A DNA stretch of 56,156 nt from a virus. Lineage: Duplodnaviria; Caudoviricetes. Every line of letters begins with the position of its first letter. The first letter of the stretch is position 1. The stretch spans positions 1-56,156 of the IMG/VR virus record IMGVR_UViG_3300045932_000155. The stretch is one strand, 5' to 3'. Under the pieces are notes generated by a model. It ran no database searches, was not told the origin of the DNA, and saw only the letters and a program-made list of their open reading frames with translations. Shown here in pieces: positions 54,764 through 56,156 of this stretch. The position numbers were made by a program, and so were the translations under genes.

Positions 54764-55551
54764 ATCGCTTTCTCTCCATTGGCCAGCCGGTGCAGGCCGG
54801 GGTGCATCCGGAACGTGTCGGTCAGTTCTATGAGATGAATACCGGACACATCTACGGGGATGCGATCCAGTTCACGCTCCTGCGAGATCTCGGATCGAGG
54901 GAGGTGTCCTATCCGGGCTGGATGAAGCGCAAGGGACCCCCGACCGTCGTGCATCGGTTTCTGGTGCGCGTGGAAGACAAGGAGATGATCATTTCCTTGC
55001 GCGGGCCCAACACGTCGGCGGCCCACGCGCTGCGAATGTTGATCGGAGGCCATCGGAAGCCGATGGTCATCGATGCCATCGCCAAGCACATGCAGAGCCC
55101 TCGCGGGGACTTCTACGTGTGGCGTTTCTTCCCGACCTACTGGCCGGGCAGCGACATCCGAACGCCCGAGAGCTACCGGGCGCATCTGCAGAAATACCTC
55201 ACGCTGAACATGGACTTTCACTCAGTGGTGGCCGAGCGCCTCGGTATTTCGAGGGACGAGGCCAAGCGCCGGAACTTCTGGAGCCTCTACGGCGGAGACC
55301 CGCGCCGGTTCGCCATCTTTCCCAAAGGAGCAGCCATGAAAAAGCAGAAGCCGAACAACTATTTCGTCGTGCCGAACTCGGTCGGGGAACGCTACGAGGG
55401 CATCGGGGAGGGCCACCCGACGCTCAAGGCCGCCGTCACTGACGCCTCGGAGCGGACCAACAAGGACGGCGTCGAGCGGTGCGTGCTCCAGCGGGTGCGC
55501 GTCATCCGGCGCAAGCCGCAGCCGGTGGTCGTCGAGAAGGTCAAGGCGTGA
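54760..55551 (+). CDS. Composite hypothetical protein with an internal start at 55336
   Basis: SD AAGGAGG; in-frame AAGGAG-ATG at 55336; PolA motif-B-like peptide near 55213-55293. Confidence 0.55.
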   Translation: MNRFLSIGQPVQAGVHPERVGQFYEMNTGHIYGDAIQFTLLRDLGSREVSYPGWMKRKGPPTVVHRFLVRVEDKEMIISLRGPNTSAAHALRMLIGGHRKPMVIDAIAKHMQSPRGDFYVWRFFPTYWPGSDIRTPESYRAHLQKYLTLNMDFHSVVAERLGISRDEAKRRNFWSLYGGDPRRFAIFPKGAAMKKQKPNNYFVVPNSVGERYEGIGEGHPTLKAAVTDASERTNKDGVERCVLQRVRVIRRKPQPVVVEKVKA

Positions 55552-55766
55552 GCCGAGATCCCCGGGCGCGGTTGCACCGGCCGGTGGAGGCGCTGCGACG
55601 AGCGCAGGCGCTGGCCGGTGCCATCCGGATCGCGGAGAGCGACCGGAACCCGAACCGAGCGGCGCAGCTACAGGCCATCTCGGAGGAGTTGTTTCAAACG
55701 GCGCTGGCGGCCTTGGACGGCGGCCCGTTGCCCCCGAACCCGGGCGCTTGGAAGGACGCCCGGTAA
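55548..55766 (+). CDS. Hypothetical protein
   Basis: GTGA coupling. Confidence 0.45.
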   Translation: MSRDPRARLHRPVEALRRAQALAGAIRIAESDRNPNRAAQLQAISEELFQTALAALDGGPLPPNPGAWKDAR

Positions 55767-55853
55767 CGTAATGCTGCCGCCGAAACGGGTATCAGAAGTG
55801 GCCACCCCGCCGTGGAACCCCCGGGAATCCGGCGGGATTCAGCCCGGCCGGGC

Positions 55854-55869
55854 TGGCACGGGCCTTGCA
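55854..55869 (+). promoter_or_regulatory. sigma54-type promoter
   Basis: TGGCACG-GGCC-TTGCA inside a ~50-bp block duplicated from 53095-53146. Confidence 0.85.
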
Positions 55870-55881
55870 CTAGATGGGGGC

Positions 55882-56107
55882 ATGACGATGACCCGCGTAA
55901 GAACAGCGATTCGTAGCGGCCGGGGTGGACATTACCCCGGAGCGGCAGCCGGAGATCGAAGCCGAGGCCAAGCGCCTCGGCGGCCGGGTGGTGGACGTCA
56001 CCGACAAGACGGCGGAGTTGGCGTTCCCCACGGATGCGGCAGCCCGGCAGTTCGTGTCCTTCGCCCGGGAGCGCCGGGCCTCAGTCGATGTGATGGGAGG
56101 GTGGTAG
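55882..56107 (+). CDS. Hypothetical protein, possibly frameshifted near its start
   Basis: ORF 55925-56107 lacks an SD; removing one base near 55898 joins it to ATG 55882 just after the promoter. Confidence 0.4.
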
Positions 56108-56156
56108 GCATGTCTTACGAACCTTTGACGTTGGCGCAGGCGCCGGAACTCGGGGC

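Noticed and set aside
1-56156. Prophage/temperate lifestyle, terminase and portal genes
   Set aside because: No integrase, CI-like repressor, att site or host genes seen; terminase and portal probably lie outside the window, so lifestyle cannot be called

Overview
A high-GC, gene-dense piece of a tailed dsDNA phage (siphovirus-like) genome with no integrase, tRNA or CRISPR seen. Order: head genes (5'-truncated multi-domain ADP-ribosyltransferase/ParB protein, prohead protease-scaffold, a displaced tail tube gene, decoration protein, encapsulin/HK97-type capsid); neck genes interrupted by a nucleotidyltransferase-methyltransferase plus double glycosyltransferase cassette; tail chaperones with a -1 frameshift, tape measure and tail tip; lysis/hydrolase genes; a short leftward unit with a UvrD helicase; a replication block (dNMP kinase, family A DNA polymerase, VRR-NUC, DnaQ exonuclease, SNF2 helicase, SSB-like protein, DNA methyltransferase, HD nucleotidase, primase-helicase); a ~1.4 kb repeat-rich non-coding region; and a run of small early-type genes. 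Two candidate systems stand out. (1) A 14-aa FDPDQPRDxxGxW tag occurs four times, each time in front of a distinct cargo domain inside head proteins, suggesting a protease-processed, capsid-loaded effector polyprotein. (2) At least eight sigma54-type -24/-12 promoters sit in front of non-structural genes with a shared upstream motif at conserved spacing, yet no enhancer-binding protein is recognisable in the window. All family assignments are motif-based, made by eye, without database searches.
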